A DNA stretch of 54,461 bases, from positions 1-54,461 of the forward strand of contig JAPLDX010000066.1 in assembly GCA_026391215.1 (NCBI GenBank), given 5' to 3'. The notes under the pieces are model-generated. The model saw only the letters and a list, made by a program, of their open reading frames with translations, made no database searches and was not told the origin of the DNA. Each line of letters starts with the position of its first letter. Within the stretch, counting starts at the first letter, position 1. The DNA is from Bacteroidia bacterium. Its GTDB lineage: Bacteria > Bacteroidota > Bacteroidia > Bacteroidales > VadinHA17. The translations under genes and the position numbers were made by a program. Positions 20,210-28,688 of the stretch are shown here, in pieces.

Positions 20210-21397
20210 ATGAAAAAATCCATATTAATACCGGCCATCTTATGCATGATTGCTTTTCCATCATGCAGAAAGCAGGAGCCAATTGAAAAGATTATTGATG
20301 AATCGCTCGCTTTCTCTGTAAAGCAATACACCCTGATGACTGAGGTTATGAAGGATATGCCTGACCTTCTGCCAAGGACAATTGATTCAGCAGGTGCCCT
20401 TGTAACTGCCGGATCAGGATGGTGGACCTCAGGATTTTTCCCGGGAAGTTTGTGGTACCTGTACGAGTACTCAAATGATGAAAAGATAAAAGATGCCGCT
20501 ATGCTGATGACATCAAGAATAGAAAAAGAGAAAGACAACACCGGCACACATGATCTTGGATTTATGCTTTACAACAGCTTTGGTAACGGGTTCAGGCTCA
20601 CTGGCAATGAGAGTTATGAAGAAATACTGCTTGCCGGTGCAAAGGCATTATCAACACGTTACCGCCCGGTCATCGGATGTATCCAGTCATGGGGAACCAG
20701 CAGGAACTGGCAATGCCCGGTGATAATTGATAACATGATGAACCTCGAATTCCTGATGTGGGCATTTAGTATTTCAGGTGATTCCAGCTACTATAAGATC
20801 TGTGTCTCTCATGCAGACACGACATTAAAAAACCATTTCCGGTCTGATTATAGTTCTTATCATGTGGTTTCATATGACACTATTACAGGAAAAGTGCAGG
20901 TAAAGCAGACAGCCCAGGGTGCGGCTGATGAATCTGTATGGTCCCGCGGACAGGCCTGGGGTCTTTATGGATACACTGTAATGTACAGGGAGACAGGTCT
21001 GGACAGGTATCTCAACCAGGCAGTGCATATCGCCGATTTTATGATCAGCCACCCGAATATGCCCGAAGATATGATACCGTACTGGGATTTTAACGCTCCT
21101 GAAATTCCGGATGCAAAGAGAGATGCATCTGCAGGTGCCATAATGGCCTCAGCTCTTATTGAACTGAGCAGAATGACCGACACTGTATCCGGAAGGAAAT
21201 ACCTCCAGGTTGCTGAAAAACAGCTGAGGACCCTTGCCTCATCCGCATACCGCGCAGAATATGGAGAAAATGGCAATTTTATCCTGAAACATAGTGTTGG
21301 TTCAATCCCGGGAAAGAGTGAAGTGGATGTCCCTCTGACTTATGCTGACTACTATTTTATAGAGGCTCTGGGGAGATACAGGAATCTGCTGAATTAG
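20210..21397 (+). CDS. GH88 unsaturated glucuronyl hydrolase, lipoprotein
   Basis: WTSGFFPG, HDLGFM, IIDNMMNLE, WSRGQAWG, DASAGAI, YADYYFIEAL; lipobox FPSC. Confidence 0.93.
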   Translation: MKKSILIPAILCMIAFPSCRKQEPIEKIIDESLAFSVKQYTLMTEVMKDMPDLLPRTIDSAGALVTAGSGWWTSGFFPGSLWYLYEYSNDEKIKDAAMLMTSRIEKEKDNTGTHDLGFMLYNSFGNGFRLTGNESYEEILLAGAKALSTRYRPVIGCIQSWGTSRNWQCPVIIDNMMNLEFLMWAFSISGDSSYYKICVSHADTTLKNHFRSDYSSYHVVSYDTITGKVQVKQTAQGAADESVWSRGQAWGLYGYTVMYRETGLDRYLNQAVHIADFMISHPNMPEDMIPYWDFNAPEIPDAKRDASAGAIMASALIELSRMTDTVSGRKYLQVAEKQLRTLASSAYRAEYGENGNFILKHSVGSIPGKSEVDVPLTYADYYFIEALGRYRNLLN

Positions 21398-22428
21398 AAA
21401 TCTATCATCGCCTTCATAACTCCGTTGCTGTATCCGGCTACAAGGTCGAACGCCTCTTTTGTGAGGACGAACGGGAAACGGTGAGTTATCATGCTGCTTA
21501 TATTGATCTTTCCTTCTTTCATCATTTCGAGAGCTGGCCCGACGCAATCCACTTCGCGTCTTACAAAGAATACTGATATTTCCTTTCGGCGGGTGCTGTC
21601 AGCACCTAATGTCCATCGATCGGTTTCCGGAATACCGACAACTATCAGCTTTCCTCCCGGTTTCAGGATATCTACTGCCTGGTCGAGTGCCTCCTGCTGA
21701 CCGCAGCATTCAAATACGGCATCAAGGCCAAGGGGCTCTTCCTTCTTTATCCATTCAGCAATATTCTTCTTCAGCGGATTCCCGGTAAAAGTCATGCTTT
21801 CCTTACCGGCTATAACAAGACGTTCATCTATCTTATCGGTAACATAAATATTTTTAACGCTCTGGGCTTTTGCTGCAAGGAGAACACTCATCCCTATCGG
21901 ACCGAATCCAAGTATAGCGATCCGGGCTCTTCTTATATCACCTGCTTTTTTTACGGAATAGATCCCGATGGAAAGCGGTTCTGAAATGGATCCGTGATCC
22001 TTGGTAAGCCCTCCTGTGAGAGGGAAACAACTCTCTTCAGGCATCACAATATATTCCGACAGGCAGCCTTCAGCCTGCCCCGGACATCCTAAAAATCTGA
22101 GTTTCCTGCATGTATGAGGTCTTCCTGCAAGACACTGATCGCATTCATGACATGATATTGCCGGTTCAATTGCTACTGAATCGCCCGGCTTCACCCTCTT
22201 TACCCCGGAACCTGTCTCCACCACAACACCTGCGCCTTCGTGACCGACTGTAAATGGATACCTGACAACCTGAGATCCGATATTTCCCCGGGTATAATAA
22301 TGAATGTCCGATCCGCATACCCCGACCACCGATATCCTTATTTTCACGTCCATCTGATTCGAAATAACCGGATCCGGAACCTCTTTCATCTCCATTTGCC
22401 GTATCCCTGTAAGCATCATCGCTTTCAT
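21394..22428 (-). CDS. Zn-dependent sorbitol/L-iditol-type dehydrogenase
   Basis: CGSDIHYY, GHE, structural-Zn CHECDQC..C, GFGPIG. Confidence 0.9.
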   Translation of the reverse strand: MKAMMLTGIRQMEMKEVPDPVISNQMDVKIRISVVGVCGSDIHYYTRGNIGSQVVRYPFTVGHEGAGVVVETGSGVKRVKPGDSVAIEPAISCHECDQCLAGRPHTCRKLRFLGCPGQAEGCLSEYIVMPEESCFPLTGGLTKDHGSISEPLSIGIYSVKKAGDIRRARIAILGFGPIGMSVLLAAKAQSVKNIYVTDKIDERLVIAGKESMTFTGNPLKKNIAEWIKKEEPLGLDAVFECCGQQEALDQAVDILKPGGKLIVVGIPETDRWTLGADSTRRKEISVFFVRREVDCVGPALEMMKEGKINISSMITHRFPFVLTKEAFDLVAGYSNGVMKAMIDF

Positions 22429-22492
22429 CTCTTCAGCATTAGTTTTTACAAATGTAGCGAAATCACTATATTATTTAATAAAAACAATCGCA

Positions 22493-22548
22493 GTTGCACC
22501 TTTGTACCGTTGCACCTTTGTACCGTTATGCCGTTGCACCTTTGTACC
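22493..22548. repeat. Tandem repeat with 8-bp period (GTTGCACCTTTGTACC x3, interrupted by GTTATGCC)
   Basis: Read directly: units at 22493, 22509 and 22533, in the divergent intergenic region. Confidence 0.9.
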
Positions 22549-22588
22549 TTTCAAAAAATTATGTATATTCACGATTGAATAGAATATT

Positions 22589-23323
22589 ATGAGAAATATC
22601 TACGGCATAGGAGAAACCCTTCTTGATATAATCTTTAAGAACAGTCAGCCTCAGGCAGCCAAGCCCGGAGGGGCAATGCTAAACAGCACTGTTTCGCTGG
22701 GACGTATAGCATTGCCCGTTTATCTTATCAGCGAATATGCCGATGATGACGTAGGAAGCATGATTGACAAGTTTTTGCATGAAAACGGTGTGGGGACAAC
22801 CTATGTGGATCATTACAAGGATGGCAAGACGGCGCTGGCGATAGCTGTACTTAATGAAAAGAATGATGCCAGCTACACATTTTATAAAAACTATCCGTCA
22901 AAGAGACTCGAAATGACTTTCCCTGTGATAAGGAAGGATGATATAGTATTATGCGGATCTATTTATGCCATAACCACAGAAATCGCACACACACCTGACG
23001 AAGCCTGGAAAATAGTCAGCAAATACTGTCCCTGCCTGGTTTATACTGCCAGCTCAGAGAGTGTCCATGTCAGGACTGTCTCTTTCTCGGGCAGATTCCC
23101 TGTAAAGAAAATAAAGGCAGTAAGCACAATAGGTGCCGGAGATAATTTCAATGCCGGGATGATCAAGGCAGTTTACCGCAACCACATCACCAGGGACCAG
23201 CTTGTTAAAATAGGAGAGGAGGAGTGGTCAAAGATCGTTGCTTCCGGGGTTGATTTTGCAAGTGATGTCTGCATGAGTTATGAAAACTATATATCTCAGG
23301 AATTTGCCAGAAAAGTTAAGTAG
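22589..23323 (+). pseudogene. PfkB-family (fructokinase-like) kinase with an apparent in-frame internal deletion
   Basis: GIGETLLD, PGGAMLN and STIGAGDNF are present, but the protein is only 244 aa and lacks the central D-P-N-x-R and K-x-S/N-x-E segment. Confidence 0.6.
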
Positions 23324-23340
23324 TTTTTCTCTTCCTGAAT

Positions 23341-23435
23341 ACCCCCCAAGCCCCCCTAAAGGGGGGTTGAAACCCATTGACATCTAAATCATTATTTTAT
23401 TGGTTTATAGCCCCCCTTCAGGGGGGATGGGGGGT
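23341..23435. repeat. Inverted pair of REP-like palindromes (copies B and C), BIME/REPIN-like
   Basis: 23341..23374 ACCCCCCAAGCCCCCCTAAAGGGGGGTTGAAACC and 23402..23435 GGTTTATAGCCCCCCTTCAGGGGGGATGGGGGGT, lying between convergent genes. Confidence 0.88.
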
Positions 23436-24697
23436 CAGATAGGTTTTGCGTTTGCCAGCAAGTATCTCTCTGCTTCAACCGACCAGATGTAGCCGTTTTT
23501 TGAAACAATTTTATGCAATTCTGCGTATAATATATTATGGGCTCCCATTTCCCCGAGCTTATAGAGCGAAATCAACGGCATTGAGATATTTGTATAAATA
23601 AGCTTTTTACCTCCTGGGATATGAGGCAGGTTAAGCGTCGTATCTGCCACAGCATCAAGCCCGCCTATATGAGTTATCATTACAGCCGGATTTATCCTGC
23701 CTTCACCCATAAGCTTCAGCGATTCACGCATATCATCAGTATTTCCTCCCGATGTTCCTGTAATATGGGTAAATGCATAATGGACATTATAGAAATTAAA
23801 TTCTGCCCTGAACTCAGGATTTGTTGGTCCGGCAAAGAAATTCAGACACCCGTCAAATCCGAGGATGGCATCACCCTGTTCCACAACCTGCTTGACCGGG
23901 GCAAAGATAAAAACATCATCAAATCCGCTTCCGCCTGTAAGATCACGCAGATGCTTCACGGGATCAGTCACCTTTGAAGTATTTATATAGATCAGCTTAA
24001 TGCCTTCTTTTTCAGCCCGTTCAGGAGGGAAAAGACAGGCTGCCCTTGAGAGCCGGTTGTTATCAATATCTGTAACTGCGATCATAGAAGGCTTACGGTC
24101 CTGGTGAATGGCATAATCTATAGCTCCGAGTCCCATGGGTCCCACACCCGCAAGTATTGCCATTCTGCCTCCCCGCCTGATGCCCATCTCGTGCTTATAT
24201 GTTCCGGGCGGTACATGGTAGCTGGCATGAAAAGCGCCGACAATACATGACATGGGTTCAGAAAGCGAGGCCGGGAACCATCCTTCTCCATCATATGGTA
24301 AAAGGCAATCGGCTTCCATTACGATATCCGATATGATTATGTGTGTTGCATCTCCGCCGATGTAGCGGTATGAATAACCTGGCGCATTAAGGGTTCCGGT
24401 GTGGGCCATTGCAGGCTGAATAGTGAATTTCTGTCCTTCACGGAACTTATGTTTCCATTTGCTTCCCACGTTTAGTAATACTCCGGCAAATTCATGACCG
24501 ATGATTGTCGGATTGATATTTATATCATCAGGAATACGCTTATGTTCAGCGCCCTGCAGGGCTGCCTTGTACGATGACATGCAGATGCTGTCGGAGATAA
24601 CCCGGGCCAGGATCTCATCTTCCTTCATCTCCGGAAGATCAAACTCCTCAAGTCTCAGGTCTTTCTTCCCGTATATTCTTACTGCTTTTGTCTTCAT
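23435..24697 (-). CDS. Zn-binding dehydrogenase, L-sorbose-1-phosphate reductase (SorE)-like
   Basis: MKTKAVRIYGKKDLRLEEFDLP, SDSICMSSYK, GHEFAG, GVGPMG, NFYNVHY, HIGGLDA. Start set at ATG 24697. Confidence 0.85.
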   Translation of the reverse strand: MKTKAVRIYGKKDLRLEEFDLPEMKEDEILARVISDSICMSSYKAALQGAEHKRIPDDININPTIIGHEFAGVLLNVGSKWKHKFREGQKFTIQPAMAHTGTLNAPGYSYRYIGGDATHIIISDIVMEADCLLPYDGEGWFPASLSEPMSCIVGAFHASYHVPPGTYKHEMGIRRGGRMAILAGVGPMGLGAIDYAIHQDRKPSMIAVTDIDNNRLSRAACLFPPERAEKEGIKLIYINTSKVTDPVKHLRDLTGGSGFDDVFIFAPVKQVVEQGDAILGFDGCLNFFAGPTNPEFRAEFNFYNVHYAFTHITGTSGGNTDDMRESLKLMGEGRINPAVMITHIGGLDAVADTTLNLPHIPGGKKLIYTNISMPLISLYKLGEMGAHNILYAELHKIVSKNGYIWSVEAERYLLANAKPI

Positions 24698-24707
24698 TTC
24701 ATTTCTT

Positions 24708-24743
24708 TTTCTCCCTTTCTCCCCCTCACGCCCTCTCCCCCTC
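24708..24743. repeat. Degenerate pyrimidine-rich 8-mer tandem repeat
   Basis: TTTCTCCC TTTCTCCC CCTCACGC CCTCTCCC CCTC, in the intercistronic gap. Confidence 0.55.
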
Positions 24744-24750
24744 CATTTTC

Positions 24751-26730
24751 TCATCCCAACATCACCTGTCCCCCTGTCACCGGAACTGCCTGCCCTGTTT
24801 CGTATTCCTGGTCAATGATATAAAGAAGAGCTTTCACTACATCATCAAGTCTGCAGCCACGTTTCATTGGTACCTGTTCTTCATAATATTTTCTTACATC
24901 TTCAATCGTTTTGGCACCAGGAACCTTCCCAGTATTCAGATACTGGACAAACAATCCGTTTTGTGGATCAGACCACAGCGGCCCTTCATAGAAATTTCCC
25001 GGGCATATGGAATTGACTTTTATTCTGTAGGGAGCCAGCTCCATGGCAAAGGACTGAGTGAGCCCTATGCCCCCGAACTTTGCTCCGGAATAGGCAAAGT
25101 TGCGGTTGCTGCCGCGAAGCCCCGATTTGGAATTGATCTGGATGATGTCGGTAAAATAACCCTGTTTCTCAAGGTTCTGAAGCTTCATAACCTCAGACGC
25201 ATACTTTGTACAATAATAATAACCGTTGTAATTAATGCCTGTGACCTTCGAAAATACGTCCGGTTCCATCTCATCCAGACCACCAGCTTTCAAAATACCC
25301 GCATTGCTGATCATGATATCAAGGCCTCCGAATTCGCTTACTGTCGAAGCTATCATCTCCCTGACCGATTCAGGATCTGAAACGTCAGTCCTGACAAAGA
25401 TTGCCTTGCCTGATGATTTTTCAGTCATCAGTCTGGATACCAGGTTATTTCCTGCCTCCTCGTTCAGATCAGCGATCACAACATTGATGCTTAGCCTGCA
25501 GAGAGCTTCAGCTATTCCTGCGCCAAATCCCTGTGCTCCTCCTGTAACGATGGCAATTTTATTTGCATGTCTGTTGTTGCTGTTATCCTGGGTTGTGATC
25601 TTTCTCCTGTAATTCTCAACCTCCCACTGATCAATAAAAGCAACCTGCTCGGGTGAAAGGAATTTTATACCCCCGCACTGCAAGGCATAATGGCAAATCC
25701 TGATAAGATCTTCATAAACATCAAGGGTAGTCTCTGCTGCTGAGCAGGTCTCGCCGATGGCAAAGACGCCCATATCCTTTATTATAACTACTTTGGGAAG
25801 ATACCCGTACTCATTCATGAAGCGAGGGAGCTGATTTTTAAAAGAATCTATGATCTTTTCAGCAGTTGATGAATGCTCAATATATAGAAATCTTGACTTA
25901 CAGTAGACAATTATATCCGGAATAAGAGGAAGTGAGATTTTGTGGAATTCCTGCTGATTAGTATAGTACTTGGAAATCAATGTATTATGCCTGTATCTTA
26001 TAACTGTGGACTTCCCGTCAGAAAGCAGGATACGGATTACCGGCAGCACCTTATGCAGCAATGGATTATATGGAAGCTGTTCGTTATCTGAAATTGGTGT
26101 GATCTGTTTTTCGATGGTTGAAATAATTTCCTTATAAATGTCTTTGATCTCTGATGTTGAATCTGCTCCGGCGAAAACACCATGGTTCTCAAGGAAGATG
26201 ATCCTGGGATCGCCCTGGAATTTTTCCCTGTAAATCAATATCTCCTTTTCAAGCTTTTTGAAAAGAGTATAACCCGGATCAGTATATTGAACAAAAAGTA
26301 CCTTTTCACCGAAATGCTGGTTAATGAAGCTCTTTGCACTCCTGCTGCACAGGACACCATTGACAAGCGAAGGATGGAGGTGAACAACAAATTTGTATCG
26401 TATCAGTTCATGCAAGGAAGTCTCAACCGATGGACGTATGTTCTGAGATGGATCAATGATACATTTAAAGAGATCTATTTTTACCTGTTCTTCTCTTTTT
26501 ACCTGGTCTTCGTCATAGCTTTTTGCTGCTATCACATGCAGTTTTTCCCTGTTTAAGGCAACCAGTCCCGCTTCTGTCAGTTCTGCCAGAGGGTATCCGC
26601 TTGCCTTTATCCAGATGGTACTGTTATCCTTGAAAGATGTATTCCCTCCTCCGGCAATCACGAAATCTTTTTTACTGCCATAAAACCTTGATATTTCAAT
26701 CAGATCTTTAATTTCCTGATTCATAGTCAC
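24751..26730 (-). CDS. Bifunctional class II aldolase-like / SDR (sorbitol-6-phosphate dehydrogenase SrlD-like) fusion
   Basis: N-half: GGGNTSFK, RPSVETSLH, HLHP, LENHG. C-half: VTGGAQGFG, NAG, INSKSG, YSGAKFGGIGLTQS. Confidence 0.88.
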   Translation of the reverse strand: MTMNQEIKDLIEISRFYGSKKDFVIAGGGNTSFKDNSTIWIKASGYPLAELTEAGLVALNREKLHVIAAKSYDEDQVKREEQVKIDLFKCIIDPSQNIRPSVETSLHELIRYKFVVHLHPSLVNGVLCSRSAKSFINQHFGEKVLFVQYTDPGYTLFKKLEKEILIYREKFQGDPRIIFLENHGVFAGADSTSEIKDIYKEIISTIEKQITPISDNEQLPYNPLLHKVLPVIRILLSDGKSTVIRYRHNTLISKYYTNQQEFHKISLPLIPDIIVYCKSRFLYIEHSSTAEKIIDSFKNQLPRFMNEYGYLPKVVIIKDMGVFAIGETCSAAETTLDVYEDLIRICHYALQCGGIKFLSPEQVAFIDQWEVENYRRKITTQDNSNNRHANKIAIVTGGAQGFGAGIAEALCRLSINVVIADLNEEAGNNLVSRLMTEKSSGKAIFVRTDVSDPESVREMIASTVSEFGGLDIMISNAGILKAGGLDEMEPDVFSKVTGINYNGYYYCTKYASEVMKLQNLEKQGYFTDIIQINSKSGLRGSNRNFAYSGAKFGGIGLTQSFAMELAPYRIKVNSICPGNFYEGPLWSDPQNGLFVQYLNTGKVPGAKTIEDVRKYYEEQVPMKRGCRLDDVVKALLYIIDQEYETGQAVPVTGGQVMLG

Positions 26731-27964
26731 TTCTGTTTAAAAAGTACTCAATTACCATCCGTCCAAGCTTTGCCAGCCCGTTTTTTTGATCCAGGCTCAG
26801 GGTACCATCGTCAAGAACATACCCCTGCCGGCTTTGCGCCCTCAGGTACTGGTGCGCAGCAATAATGCAGATCCCTTCCCATGCAATTTTCTTAAGTGAT
26901 TCATCAAGCGGTACAGAACCTCTTGATGAAACAGTCAAAGGGATAAGCTCGGGTGTATTGTGCTCTGTGCCGAATGTTATTACAAAACCTTTTTTATGAA
27001 AGAACTCAACAAAATCTTTCAGAATAGCCTGGTCATTTCTGCCGGGTATCAGCTCAATACAGCCTATCCCAAGTGAAGACAGGGAGGAATAAAGCTTTTC
27101 GGCATCATTTTCAAATTCAGTAAATTTTCCAGACGGATCATCAAGAAGAACAGGATAACAGGGTATTCCTCCTGTATTGACAATTATCCTGATGATCTTT
27201 TTCAGGTTCAGGAAAGAGTTTTCGTCTTCCTTGACAAATGCTGCACCGCCGGCTTTTAAAAGGTTTGACCGGATCTCGTTTTCAAGGGCAGCCGGATTGC
27301 TCAGACCTGTTTTTGTCTTTTTCACTCCATAAAGAGTCTCAATAAATCCGATCTGTTCCTCATCTGTACTGAAATTCTTCATAGCAATGACCCTGACAGC
27401 TTTAGCCAGATGACGCTCACGAACCAGCTCACGGGCATATTTATTTTTTATCTCTTCAAAAGTGAATGTAAGCGAAGGATTTACAGGCTCAATGAGGTTG
27501 TTGAGATTATCAATCATTGTCCTGACCTGGTTCTGGCTCTCATTAATTACTTTATTCAGACGTCTTCTATCCCGCCACCCTGGTTTGAAGGGATAGTCCA
27601 GTCCTTTGCCGCAGAAGTATATCCTTCCCGGATTATTAGGGTCATTGATTCTTATACCTGCCTTTTGTTCTTTCTTCAGCAAGCCTATGAATTCAATATT
27701 GAATAGTGGAAAAATATTGTTATTGAGGCACCCAAAGTAAAATGGATCATAACCATCGGTCACAAAAAAATCGTTTATGCCCAGGGCTGCTATTCCTTCA
27801 TCTTTTGCCATGGAGAAAACAGCCTCAAGATTTTCAAAGGAGCTGAATGAATATGGAGTATGAATATGTCCGTTGGCTTCCCTGTAAACCGGAACTTTGG
27901 CGCCATTCATAGTTTTGATCAGCTCCTCATAAGATGGAAAACCGGCAAGGAAGTATTTTGTCAT
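26708..27964 (-). CDS. PHP-domain metallo-phosphoesterase-like protein
   Basis: NGHIHTPYS (HxH), GINDF, NIEF, FGTEHN; overlaps the start of the downstream gene. Confidence 0.78.
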   Translation of the reverse strand: MTKYFLAGFPSYEELIKTMNGAKVPVYREANGHIHTPYSFSSFENLEAVFSMAKDEGIAALGINDFFVTDGYDPFYFGCLNNNIFPLFNIEFIGLLKKEQKAGIRINDPNNPGRIYFCGKGLDYPFKPGWRDRRRLNKVINESQNQVRTMIDNLNNLIEPVNPSLTFTFEEIKNKYARELVRERHLAKAVRVIAMKNFSTDEEQIGFIETLYGVKKTKTGLSNPAALENEIRSNLLKAGGAAFVKEDENSFLNLKKIIRIIVNTGGIPCYPVLLDDPSGKFTEFENDAEKLYSSLSSLGIGCIELIPGRNDQAILKDFVEFFHKKGFVITFGTEHNTPELIPLTVSSRGSVPLDESLKKIAWEGICIIAAHQYLRAQSRQGYVLDDGTLSLDQKNGLAKLGRMVIEYFLNRSDYESGN

Positions 27965-27982
27965 CGAATAAGATTTGGTTTA

Positions 27983-28621
27983 TTACCTGAATAGCCTATC
28001 AATTTCGCGTATTCTTGAAGGACTAAGCATGCTTTTCTTCCCTTTCATCTCAACAACCAATGTCATTTTTGCTGCATTTTCAAGGACTTCCAGTTTATCA
28101 AATGCTTTTAACAGATCCGTACCGGTAGTGAGTATGCCATGGTTTTCAAGCAGAAGGATATCGGCGTCTTTTGAATTTTCAGCAGCAACATCAGCAAGTT
28201 CCTGCGATCCCATTAACTCATAGGGTACGAACCTCGGTGTTCCGCATATTGCCCTGGCTTCAGCTGTAAGACTGGTATTGATTTCGCATTTCATTGCTGT
28301 GAACGATGATGCAAATACCGGGTGGGCATGGACGATGGCAGATACATCGCTTCTCTTTTTATAAATGTTAAGATGAAGGGTAAATTCAATTGACGGCTTA
28401 AGGTCAGGAGTCAGGTTTTCACCAAGAATTGACATTATACCAACCTCCTTCCATTTCATGCATCCTTTGTCAGTTGCAGATGGAGTTATCACAATTCTAT
28501 CTTCAGATACCCGGAGACTAATATTTCCGCCAGAGGTAGTCGTAAGCCCCAGGCGATAAAGACGTTTCATAAAGCGGGCAACCTCTTTCCGCTGCTTTTT
28601 AAATTTCTGATTCTTCTTCAT
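27983..28621 (-). CDS. Class II aldolase/adducin-family protein (FucA-like)
   Basis: SGGNIS, ITPS, KPSIE, HAHP, LLENHG. Confidence 0.92.
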   Translation of the reverse strand: MKKNQKFKKQRKEVARFMKRLYRLGLTTTSGGNISLRVSEDRIVITPSATDKGCMKWKEVGIMSILGENLTPDLKPSIEFTLHLNIYKKRSDVSAIVHAHPVFASSFTAMKCEINTSLTAEARAICGTPRFVPYELMGSQELADVAAENSKDADILLLENHGILTTGTDLLKAFDKLEVLENAAKMTLVVEMKGKKSMLSPSRIREIDRLFR

Positions 28622-28688
28622 GTACTTAATTATATGTAAAGATATTAAAAGGAAGATTGGATTTCATATGTTATTAATCTTCGTAAAA

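Noticed and set aside
22493-22548. Possible mini-CRISPR (also considered for 38643..38747)
   Set aside because: The repeats are contiguous, have no unique spacers, and there are no cas genes.
24698-24754. Arg/Gly/Glu-rich N-terminal extension of the SorE-like ORF
   Set aside because: It derives from the octamer repeat. The family-typical start is MKTKAVR at 24697.
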